Assembly: GCF_964204645.1 (NCBI RefSeq)
Contig: NC_134035.1
Span: 6,200,001 to 6,264,000, forward strand
Direction of reading: 5' to 3'
DNA length: 64,000 nt
DNA from: Tubulanus polymorphus
Taxonomy: Eukaryota > Animalia > Nemertea
This document shows, piece after piece, positions 51,431 to 63,172 of this stretch. Under the pieces are notes generated by a model, which made no database searches, was not told where the DNA came from, and worked only from the letters and a program-made list of their open reading frames with translations. A program made the translations under genes and the position numbers. Every line of letters begins with the position of its first letter. Positions within the stretch are counted from its first letter, which is position 1.

Positions 51431-52491
51431 TAATTGACCGCCTGAGTGACTACGTGTGTGGGTGCATGTTGGGTGAAGGTGTATGACTGCATGTGTGTAT
51501 GAGTTGAGTGAATCGGTGTATGCTAGGGGATTAGAGATGTTATAAGCCTTCATTGGCTTCATCTAATCTCCTCCACATTATATTAAAACATTTCATATTT
51601 GTATATCTCTTTATGACATGTTGTAATTTTATTGTGGAAATAAATTTATTATTATTAAATTTACGTGCGCATGCTATAATTCTCATTTAAGTTTCACATA
51701 ATGCAGGATTTTGATACCACCAAACCTCCTTGTTGAAATATCGAGATTAAAAGTCGAGTTTAAAAGTGATTTCGTTCACGGAAGAAATGTTCAAAGACAA
51801 TGAAATATAAAAAATCCATAAGAACAAACAGTTTCATATTTCATCTATATCAATCATGTTGAATAAGTCGAACGTCTTCGGGTTAACATATATATGCCCC
51901 TTCTCAAGACAAGTTACAAATAATGCAAAACTACAGTACGTTGTGATATAAGTTTATAGAAAGTGGTGCTTAAAATAGCAGAAGATTACATAATAACATT
52001 TTGAATCAACAACCAGAACAGGCCGGATTAACGGAATACATTTAAAGTGAATGAGGATCCATTTCGAAACAATTGTAAGTTTAAGGACGGCTTTTCTAAT
52101 TGGAAATATGTTTAGTCATACGAGAGAATGCGCAGAGATGAAAATACGTGATCAGGTGCATTACTCGTTTAACTCCGAGCGTCAGGGCATAATCCACCGA
52201 ACTCGCCCACGACGCCTAGAACATTTTCATGATTTTTCGGAATTTTTCCAACGGCAATTTGAAAATGTATTTAGTCAATTTATTTCGCAAATGATATCTA
52301 TTCCATTCCATGATTTTGAATCTCGGAAATCACGGAGAGTTGATCATAGTTAGATAATGCTAATACAATTACTTTTATTTGGGAAAACTATTGAATATTC
52401 TATTGTATATGTTGTAGGACTGGCAATAAGCAAAGTAAAGAAAACTAATAATTCTAATTATGAATCTATTGCTGATTACCTCAGGTTAAAA

Positions 52492-55444
52492 TTAACTAAT
52501 TTCTTCTAGTCGATTTTCATCGACAATTGTGTAAATCAAGTTGTGTTTAGGTCGGTCGATGTCACTGATGGTTTGAGGCATCGGTACACCTCTAGTTTCC
52601 GGTAAGGGTAACATCAGTAAAGCGGTAACCAGTCCAATACACCCGAGAATCACGCCTGGCAACCAAGATATAGATAGAGCCTGAAACAATTCGATCGTAA
52701 TGTCAAAATCTTAGACAAGTTACAGGATTGAGAATGTACGAGATAGAAACCTACCAAGTAAGCGGCGAATGGTGCTGTCATCGACCCTACTCGGGCAAAC
52801 GCTGAAGCAATACCTACAGCACGGTTTCTGTAAAATAGATAGTACAGTGATTAGGCCCTTTTTAATAACTTAGAGTACGGATCCGCCTCCCCGAATTCTG
52901 CAGAGAAAATAAAATATCATCAAATAAAAAAATTGAAAAATCAAATTGTTTTCATCACAATTTTTCAATAGAAAATGATTTTAAATCTTGTATCTTGTAA
53001 AAGTTATGTTCATCTTAATTTTCGATATCATTTGCAAAAAAATCACCCATAATTTGAATAATATTCATCACCATTTTCACTCCGTTTTTATTTTTCTCTG
53101 CAGTCCTTCCGAGGTTTTATGTGAAAAAAAAAACATTCGAATAATAAAATATTTTCTATTTTCATTTTTCCTGTTCCCTTCCATCTTAAAACGCCTATTA
53201 TCAAAAATCTTTTTTTCAATAATTATTTTTTCCCATCACCCTCCCACTGTTTTCTTGAAAAATCCGTACTCCACGTTATAAAAAATAGGCCAAGGGAATG
53301 ATTTTCTTGTTTAGCGGAAGAATCTCACCTGAAGTTAGTCGGGTAAAGTTCACTGGTATGGATGTAAATGATACTAAATGCTGCAGTGCAGCAGAATTTT
53401 CCTGCAGTATTAAACGTCATAATTAACGGTACCAAATTCGTCTTTCCTAGAAATACAAGTTGGTCCCTACATTACACAAGATTTAAAGACATTTTGTGTC
53501 TGTAGAAACTTCCCAGTATGTGATAAACATACCGACGTTTTTTGGACAGAACGTCACAGCTATTAGAACTAGACCGGTTATAACATAAAGTAACATCAAC
53601 GATACTCGTCTTCCAATACTGAAAAATGCAAATGCATGTACACTTAAATCCAATTTTCGATTCGCAACTTTTTAAAGATTTCAACTTACTACAGAAGTAC
53701 GAAATGCACCGCTATGTAACTTGGTATTTCAATAGCAGCGCTCAGAAAATAATTAGCAAATCGACCTCCAGCCATTACTGACGTACTTAATGTCAAACCG
53801 TAGTAAGTTAGACTTGTAAAACACCTAGAAGAAAGGGAAATTCATGAAAATATGAAAAGTGGAAGTTCCATCCACATTATTCATTGTATGAATGTATTAG
53901 TGTGTACCAGATAATAGCTTCTAGCATCGTGTATAGACGCAGTTTTGGATGTTTGAGTATCTGTAAAATTCCAATCGTCTCGTTATCCGAGTCTTCACTT
54001 CCCTTAGAACAGCCGACCATATTTCTAAACACTAATTTAACCCTGTCCGAATTCTTATCTGAATAAAACATACTTTGGTAACTTTAAAATTCATTTTCAT
54101 GACTGTCGGGTATTTTTAACAATTCACCTTGTTTTTCTGTGGTTTTTCTAATGGCAGAAATGGTGGCTGGTGAAAGCGAGCGTTTGTTAAATTTTGCTGC
54201 TTTTCTTAAAATTCTGATCGCTTCTTCGGGTCTGGAATTAGCGACGAGCCACGCTACAGATTCATCGTAAAACCTAATTACAAAATATGTGTAATATGAT
54301 GAAGTTTTGAATGTACATGTTGTCATTTAGAAAAATCTATTTACTTTATTCCTAAAATTGCGATACAAGGAATGATACCCCCAATGAGTTGCATATATTT
54401 CCAGTGAGTGAACAAATAGCCGCAAATTCCAATAACAATCATTCCTGTTGACCATGTGAGCATGTGAAATGTGTTAGCGAATGAACGCTGATCGGTGGGG
54501 AACCATTCACAAACCAAAACATAGGAGACTATGGAGGCACCCTAAAAGAAACAACCAAAGCAAGTAAGCAGAACATCTTCCTCGCAAATGATCACCGATT
54601 TTTATATCTATTCTTTGGACTTTTCTGTAATTTCTTCCTTGTCCATATTGTATAAATTTTGTTTTGGGCATAAATTCATCGTCGATCACAGAAATCATTC
54701 ACCATATTGAAAACTCCGCTAAAGAATTTCATTGTGAAGAAAAATGTTTGGTTGACAAAAATGACTGGAAGAAACATCGAAACGGCGAACAATACAGAAC
54801 AGGCTATAAACGGGATCTTCCTTCCAAAATAATCAGACCAAGGTGGCACCACTATGCTTCCGGCAACTACACCTCCGAAATATATCGACATCGCTAGAGC
54901 ATTCATGTGACTGGATTCACAAACCCACGAAAACTGAAAATAGTTAAAAATCATTTTATCATTTTTCTTTTGATTGGATCATTAAGATTTCTGCTGAGTG
55001 ACCTGACTGACCTGTTCGGTAAGAGTATAGTAACCCTGTGACTGGTAATAGTAACCGTTTTGACAGACGACTGTGGTATTATCTGTAATTGACTTGAATT
55101 GTCGACACTGATCGAGTTTAATTTCTCCATCCTCACTAGTTGTATATGGTATCGACTGGTTCACTGTTTGGTTTACAGTAGCAAGTTTACAATGATGTTC
55201 CGGAATCCATGCTGAATTTTTACAATATAACATTATCGTTATTAACCGCCTACGAACCAGATGATTCCTGACTTTTAGGGCTTACTTTTCGGACGATACG
55301 CCACATAAGACATTATTTACCTTGAAATATCATACCGAATGCACACGCAGCCGTTGATGAAGTCGCTATTTCGATAATGAACAACTGAAATATCTGATAT
55401 TTTCCGTATCTCCCTAAATCCGTCAAAGAGGTTTCAACTTCCAT
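52492..55444 (-). CDS. SLC22/Orct-like transporter, copy D
   Basis: ATG at 55444 (MEVETSLTDLGRYGKYQ), same exon layout, C-terminus LPETRG...NRLEEIS*; no disablement noticed. Confidence 0.92.
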
Positions 55445-55904
55445 CGAGTTGCAAACGACCTGTATCATCAACCAAAACTATTTCGAACCGATATTATCGA
55501 AGCAGTGTTATACTATAATGTCGTAAAATACGAAAGACAACTTGTTGTAAAATACGAAAATGTAATGTAAAAACCTTTCGAATTCTAGTTTTCTCCATAC
55601 ATTCAAGATTTGACCGCCAGCGTTTTATTATTACTGAGAAGTTACTGTAATTTTCTGTGTCGATTTTCAATGGTTTAATGATCGAGTTTATATTGTAAGC
55701 AGGACAGAAATCTTTTACTTGTAACATGATTACATTTCTTAACTTTGTTTTTCATTTTGAAATTGGAAATCCGTTGCAAGGACATAACGGTTTGGTATTC
55801 GGTCGGATTCTCATTATTTAAAAAAATCTTAATCCAAGTATTTATTTGCAGATGCAGACCATGCAGACCTAGCTGAGAGGAAGAATAATTCGTGTAATTG
55901 TTAC

Positions 55905-56025
55905 CTTGGAATAGCAAACCCAACGAAGGAAGCGGTGAAGCAAAACTCACAACTTCGATATCGAAAATCCGAAATATTTGATGTTCGTCGTACCGTCCAA
56001 AATCCTCTAAGATCTGCTCTCCAAA
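55905..56025 (-). pseudogene. Relic of SLC22 exon 1 (open frame, start codon lost)
   Basis: EQILEDFGRYDEHQIFRIFDIEVVSFASPLPSLGLLFQ(G)|GTAACA; in-frame TGA upstream and no ATG. Confidence 0.8.
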
Positions 56026-56400
56026 ACGTTTCTTTTTCCAGAGGACTCAATGAGTGATCTCTGCGAGCATTCCAGGCTTCGTGGTAAACCTTACAGGATC
56101 CCGATACGAGAAAATTTAACGTGGTCGCAGAGGTTTTTGACACGTGTTTTTTGTGGTAATCCAATGTACAAAATGTAAATAATTGTATCGGGTGTCAAAT
56201 GGTGATCAAATCACCATTAAAGCGCCCTTATGGTGATCAAATCACTGCTACGTCGCCCTAATGATAATTTGATACCTGATACAATAATTTGCCCCAGCTG
56301 ACTCAAATACGTTTACAACGTTTCATAATGGTTGTCTTCGAAACCGACATTTTTGTAAGATATGTTTTAGATACAGTGAACCCCCGATTATAAGTAATTA

Positions 56401-57925
56401 CAGTCAAATCTCGTTATACCGCCTTCTGTAATACCGCCAGCCCCGGCTCTCGCCGTATTTTCGCCAATGCACAGATCAGATGTATTTAATCTAATGTATT
56501 TTTGTCCCGTCATACCGACTTCCGCTAACCGCCAACCGCCAACACTAATCTGCGTACAAATATATTGTTAAGCATTACTTTTTGTCGCGTTATACCGCCA
56601 GCGAAATAATTTAGCGATCAATTCTATATGTAGGCTTATAATACACTGCAGATATAGCGCAACGATCTATTGTCTCCAAAACGACCAATACTGCGCGGTA
56701 ACTTTAGATCGTGTATCTAATCGCTTGTCTCAGCATGGCTGAAAAACGACCCCGGCTGTCTTTATCTGTGAAAGAAAAGCGTGAAATCTGTGAATTTTCA
56801 AAGAAGTGGCCGACAAAATCGCAGCAAGCTGTTGCAGATCACTTTGCTACATTATGGAAAAAGCCGATCAAACGACGAACTATTGGCGATATTCTAGCAC
56901 AGGCTGAAAAAATGGTTAAATTCTGAATTAAACACTGAGGCAGCTCTGTCTTCTAAGAGATTACGGTCAGCTAAACATGAAAATATGGAGAAAGCCCTTT
57001 ATTTGTGGTTTAGCTCTACAAGAGCCAAGAACATTCCTGTCACCCAAGACATTATCAGAGCAAAGGCGATTTATTTTGGTGGGGAGTTAGAAATTGGCGA
57101 GTTTAGTTACTCCAGTGGATGGCTGAACAGATTTAAGCATCGTTACGGAATATCCAGTCACAAAATCAGTGGAGAAAGTGCTGGAGTTGATCAGGAAGTT
57201 GTGAAATCCGGAATAGAAAAGGCCAAAGAGGTTATCAAGAACTTTACTCCGAGGGACGTGTTCAATATGGACGAGACTGGTTTATATTATGCCCTCTTGC
57301 CTGATCGATCCTTAACTACCTCAGGATGATGAGATTTTAGATTTAGTGAGAAGTGACATGAATGATGACAATGGCGATGATGAAGAAGAGGATACCCCTG
57401 AACCGGAGAAACCACCGACATCGTCAGTAGCTCGTTATGCAATCCGTTCGTTACTTGGAATCGAACAAGTACGCAACCGAAGAAGACATCCGTGCTATCA
57501 ATCAAATTGGATCTCGTCTGGACACTCTGACAGGCTTATCTATGAAGCAGTCGCAGATAACTGACTTTTTCACAGAGAGTAAATAAACAATACAAGGACC
57601 TTACGCAAACATTGCACTCGGTAATTAAAAATCGGTGATGGATTTTAATAAACAAACACGTGCACGCTGCATTCTTTCAGTGCCGTTTGCCTCCAGCGGA
57701 TTAATTAGTAATATTGCCTACTGTTCGTAATATTTTGTGTTTGAAGAGTCAATAAAAACAAGTAATTTGTTGGTCTTTATTGTTTTTCTTTATTTATTTT
57801 GACATATTGCTTAAAATTTGATGGAAAAATGGGAAGTTTTAGTGAACTCTCGCTATACCGCCTAACCCGTCATAACGCCTAAATTTCCGTGATCCCGATG
57901 TTGGCGGTATAACGGGATTTGACTG
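56401..57925 (+). mobile_element. Tigger/pogo (Tc1-mariner superfamily) DNA transposon, internally deleted
   Basis: TIRs CAGTCAAATCTCGTTATACCGCC / GGCGGTATAACGGGATTTGACTG with TA on both sides; transposase from ATG 56735 with CENP-B-type HTH domains, frameshift near 56910, FNMDETGLYY, deletion near 57322, acidic tail and KQSQITDFF. Confidence 0.93.
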
Positions 57926-60140
57926 TATACAAACACCCCAATTTCCTTTTATTATTGTGGTATACTAGCTGTTAATCATATTCCTGACTAAAATTTGGTC
58001 CAGTAAAGATTATTTACGGCGACCTACCCCATTTTCAAAAGTATACCCAAAATTTTTTCTTCTATAAAAAGAAAAAAATAATTCCCTGCCTACCTACCTA
58101 CCCATTTTGGAGATTGCCCACCCGAGAAAGAATATTTTTTTTTGGTGTGGATTTAACCGCTCTAAGACGCAGTGAAGAGCGGTATAGAAATAAATGTTAT
58201 TATTATTATTATTAAGTTTCAACAAATCGAGGATTTTAATAAGCCCTCCTCTTTTTGAGACAAGCATTTCTATCAGTGCTGACTGTCTAAAAAACACTGG
58301 TTGGTGCGATTTTCTGATCCCCAATTGTAGATTCCTTCGACAATCTTGGGCGTGATAACGGGGGCGGATCCAGGGTCAGAGCTAGACAGTATTGGAAGGG
58401 AATTTCTGGGCTCCTGTCGGAATGCACATCCAGTATCCAAGCCAAGGCAAGTGCCGAAGAATTTGTAGAAAGTGGTACAAGCGGTTTTGGTGCGCTGAAA
58501 ATCTAGTACCATTTTATGGTATTTAGATAGCTTCTAAAAGAGCAATCCAGAATAAACCAAAACCAGTATAAGAAATCATGAGGTGCAGATAGAAATTGAA
58601 GCTTGCGAACTCATGACCGAATGGTGGTTACCGACCTTCGGGATCTACAATGAATTTAGGGTTAAAGTCATGATAATCCAGTACAACATTTAATCTTTTT
58701 TCAGTACGGTACTGTAGCAGTAAGATCAGTGTGGATGTCTATGACTATTGTTGTTTGTAGTATAATTGTAATTCTTGCCGAGCAAATAAATACACGCTTA
58801 TGCTGAAATCCGAGTTGTTTATACAGTCCTTGGTTGTTCCTGTCGACATTTTGGTTTTCTCTGGTTAACAGAGAATAAAAATCAATTCTCGGAAATCTAA
58901 CACAATTATTAATTTGTGTATGAAAACCATTGACATACACAAATTAATATCAGTTATTAGAATTATTCTATTTTATTTATTAAACTTTATATCTAATATA
59001 CAATAACAAAACTTTGTCAGAGTTGATTGTGTTAGATTTCCAATACGCGTCAGAGTACACTCAAACCTAAACGGTTCGTCGATACCGGCCATCATGGACC
59101 TTATATTACTCAAATGCAAATTGCTCGAAGTAATCATAGTTGTGTTGTTTTACAATTTTACAGGGCATCATAGAGCCACACCTTCCTCGAATGAAGGGCA
59201 ATTTGGGGTCATCTCTTCTTTCATTGATTGTCAGGTCTTTAACAGATCTTTTTATTGTTCCGAAGATATCCGTTTCTTCACATTGCCAAAAAAGATTTTA
59301 GTAAAGAAATGTACTTTTTACAGGTATATGTCCTTTCATCGAGTCATTTTGTGAATTCACCTGCAATTCTATTATGATGATTGATTCGGGCTGGACGTAA
59401 AATTCCTATGCAAATGTGGGCGCCTGAACGGCAAAAACCAAACGGCCAAATTTCCTTTTAAAAATCTATTTTGGTGCACCAGATTGTCGGAGTTTTCCAC
59501 AAAAGCATAACCATTTCATTAACCAAATACAGGGAGGGGTATGACAGACAGGTATAAACCCTAACCCTCTAAACCCTACAACTATAATTCTACAGATCGA
59601 GACCCTAACCCTCTTAATGTTTATTCCAGAATTCCGATACACCCTGGTCTGTCAACCTGTAATATTTTGTAGAAATTTCCGGAATTCCTGTGAACTTGGT
59701 TCTATAAATTGAAAAATTTTTCTGGATATATCAGAAATGATGGCTGTCGCACCTAAATGCCAAAAACTTAACCGAATCAAAACGATGCTAACAACAATTA
59801 CAAAATATTTACAAATATATTTTTGGCTAGGATATATCAAACTGGTCTATAAAATACCTACAATCGATTTTATCTAAAATAACTTGATTACGAAAGGATG
59901 AGGTGTTACTTTCAATCCTGACTCCCATTCTATATTCAGGTAGATGTGAGACTGTCCGGTCCGTTTGTAGTGCTGAAATGTATGCAGATATAATAGTTAC
60001 CCGGTAATTAGAAATGGGTCCTGTATATGTGTGTGTGTGTGACATCTATCAAACATTGACTTACATAACAATAATACCTCTTCAAATATCTCATGAGTTT
60101 CATCACCAATTCGTTCATCGCTTTGGTACAGAAACTATAA

Positions 60141-61830
60141 TCACGTAACCTTCTTTAGAGCAACTTCTAAACCTCTTTTCATGAATGTTTTATGAGTCAA
60201 AATGGCACGCCTCAGACTGTTGATATCGCTGTCAGTAAACTGTGATTACCGGTAAATAAAAGAAAGTATTATTAGAACTCCTGGGTCCAGTGGCTCTGTA
60301 GTTTAAGTTAAACCAGTGGATAACTAACGGTGACATTCAATATTTGGTTTACTTGATGGTTAATCTTAATTGATCTTTGAGCAACTGACCCCAGGTTTTA
60401 ATTCTGAAAATTTGAAAACAAGCAATTGAGAACTAAGCAATTTCAAAACTCGAATGCAGTTTTCTTCACCTGGGATCCATAGGCATTGATCGTCGAAAGC
60501 ATGAGTTTTCCGAATTTCAGTTTGTTTGCCAATGAAATGGAGCTGTTTTCGATGCAGGTGCACAAGCTCGAAACAGCCACTGCATCAAGAGGCAACTGAA
60601 ATTAAAAAAGTTAGCCCAAATGTTATATTTTCATCTGAGATTGTTCTAGATATTCAAGTTATATTGAACACTCACTCGTGCATCTAAAAGGTTCTGCAGT
60701 AAAATCATAATTGACTCTTGCCATGGTTCTTTCTTCACTAAAATAAGCCTATGGAAGTAAAATGTTGAGTTAATGATAGCGAGAAAAAATTGGGGATTTC
60801 ACTAGGAGATCAACCACATCGTATGGCATGGAAAATTTTCACTTATTTCCTCATTATCAAAATGTCATGAAACTGCCTGAAAATCAAAAACGAATATAGC
60901 TGCTAAGCAGCGATAATGGGTTTTCTTACAGCTGCCACATGAGTATTCAAAATGGTTGGGTTGAAGGATTGCCATATCTCCGTATAGTTTATCTGGATTT
61001 TTTCTACTATGATTAACTGCCTGGATTTTCTCTACTATTTAACTATCTGGATACTATCCGAAATTATATGATTCAAAAAGCCGCCATCTTGTATCGACGA
61101 TCTCGAATGCTGGATAGGTATAAGTGTCGAAAAACCCTGTGTTACAATATATTCAAGCCAATGAGATAAGTTCATTGGCAAAAAAAATTAGACAGTTATT
61201 CTATGGCCGCCAATTGCCTGATTGGCTGGTCGACAATACCTATCTCCGGTATTAAAGATTCCTTTCCAAAGAATACCCATCACAAGTTGCAATGAAAAAT
61301 TGCAAACCAGTAGGAAGCTACAGGACTCAGAATTCCAAAATTGGCATTTTATAGCGCATAAAAGGTCATAGGACGGCCATCTTGAGTCAGATCAACCTAA
61401 TTTTTCTCATGCTGATGGGGGGATTGGGGGATTCAAATATATACGAAAGATCATGGTAATTGATCAAAGCGTCTCCAAGATTTCCCTCAGTGCTGATTTT
61501 GGCGAACAACAATGGCTGCCAGTCGGCCATCTTGATTCTGACGGGGCCAGTTTTTAGGCTAAAGATGTGTCTATGGTAGATACATGTGTAACTCAAACAT
61601 CAAGAAATTCCATTGAAGCATCTTTAAAACTTCCCAAAATAACTGGATTCCGTTTACGGATGGATGAACGAACGAAAAGTGAACGCAATAGCCCGCTGGG
61701 ACTAAAGTCCAAAGTGGGCTAAAAATGTGTAAAAATGTTAACAATGCTGATTTTTGGCAAACCACAATGGCTGCCAGTCAGCTACCGTAATTTTGATCAG
61801 GCCAGTTCCATCGGCTGCCCATCTTTCTAC

Positions 61831-61867
<37 letters not shown>

Positions 61868-63172
61868 AATATCTAGACAATCCATTGAAGCATCTTCAAA
61901 ATCAACAATCGTGGAACTAAGCAATGATTTTGAACTACATTTGTTATGCCCTTACCTAAAGAATTCCAGTTTTTGGTCCACCGTAAATTCGTCTTTCACA
62001 ATTTTTGCGACCAAGTCGATCTGAGGACTTGATGAATGAATGCTTGTTGCTAGAGGGATGAATATACCGGCAACACTCGCGCTGTGGTATTTACGTGTCA
62101 TAACTTGAACAGTCGCCAACAAACTGCGAGACACGTTTTGCTTTAGTCCAATGAGCTGAAAAAGAAAATCATGTCAACCAAATTCACTTAGGTCTATACA
62201 AAAACAGGATCCGGTTTCAAACCCAGGGGTGTCAAGGGTACCCGAGGGATGAATATTCAGCTTGGGTTATAACGAATGTAGTTACAATGAGTATCTATGA
62301 TAATAACAATTAACCTATTATGTTTCCAAAAGTTGATTCGACCTCACTCCTATGAAACTGGGTCCAGAAGTTACACATCAGGGGCCGGTTGCATAGTCAT
62401 GGCTTAGACTTAATACCAGTCTAAGACCAACTTAGTTTTATAGCCAATCCAACAATTTAAGATCAGTCTTAAGATTTAAGACAACTTTTGGACTTTAGTC
62501 GCGACTGTGCAACTGGCCCCAAGGACGAGGGGCAAATGGTGGATTCATCATTCACCTGACTGTAGACGATCATTTTGAGAAATTTCAAACAATTCAAATG
62601 ACTAACAACCGTTTCCATAGATATGAAACAATCAGTTAATATTTGAACGTTCTCTGCATTGACTGTCGACTGAATGCCCGCGTAAAACTCTGCTATTTCA
62701 TCCGCGGATAACGACTGAATATAAGCGAGTGAACAGTGAATCTCTTCGCGTTGAACTGACACGGGTTCGTGCGAAAGTAGATCTCTCATTTTCGCGATTT
62801 GTAACTTCAGAATATCACAAACATCATCGCCACCTTCCCCTCTCTACAGAAATAAACAAAATACTCCAAATGAAATGGGCAACATTTTTTATGTAATTGC
62901 ATTGAAATAAATCGGGAGGGGGGGAGGGGATACCACATGTTTGCAGTGATTAGGGTTCTGCGTGTGTTGTAGTGATAGGGTACCGGGTGTGTATGCATTG
63001 ATAAGGGGAACAACAAGGAGTTTGCCTACTTGTAATTCAGGTGATGATGTCGAAGCGTTTTGTATAAATTCAGGTGTAGACACATCATTCATTACTGGTG
63101 GTGGTATAGTACATGTAATAAACACCTCCTGCTCCTCCTTCACGGCTGAGGAGGATATTTCCATTGGTTCAC
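60141..63172 (-). CDS. FANCE: Fanconi anemia group E protein, 3' exons (5' part not resolved)
   Basis: Phase-consistent exons 63172-63030, 62843-62556, 62155-61956, 60748-60676, 60595-60470, 60239-60141. EPWQESIMILLQNLL, SLANKLKFGKLMLSTINAYGSQ and THKTFMKRGLEVALKKVT* match the FANCE C-terminal helical domain (W.E...LQ.LL; F/YAKLML; NTTFLRKSL..ALK). Confidence 0.82.
61200..61725 (-). mobile_element. Inverted copy of the 17.5-18.1 kb interspersed repeat, in a FANCE intron
   Basis: Shares CAAGATGGCCGACTGGCAGCCATTG, GAGTCCTGTAGCTTCCTA and TTTTAGCCC blocks. Confidence 0.75.

Larger units (their letters stand above)
47196..51657 (+). mobile_element. Near-full-length CR1/L2-group LINE (Crack/Daphne-like), recently inactivated
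   Basis: 5' UTR, ORF1, ORF2, a 3' stem-loop (GGGGATTAGAGATG...TAAGCC/GGCTT...CATCTAATCTCC at 51525-51573), then AATAAA and a (TTA)n tail. Confidence 0.92.

Noticed and set aside
51864-51910. Hammerhead-like motif (CTTGAGAA...CCCGAAGACG on -)
   Set aside because: Core boxes deviate from CUGANGA/GAAA and the stem is poor; at best a decayed Penelope terminus.
59555-59612. Telomere-like TAACCC runs (also ~2163 and ~13838)
   Set aside because: Only 2-3 degenerate units, typical of interspersed repeats.
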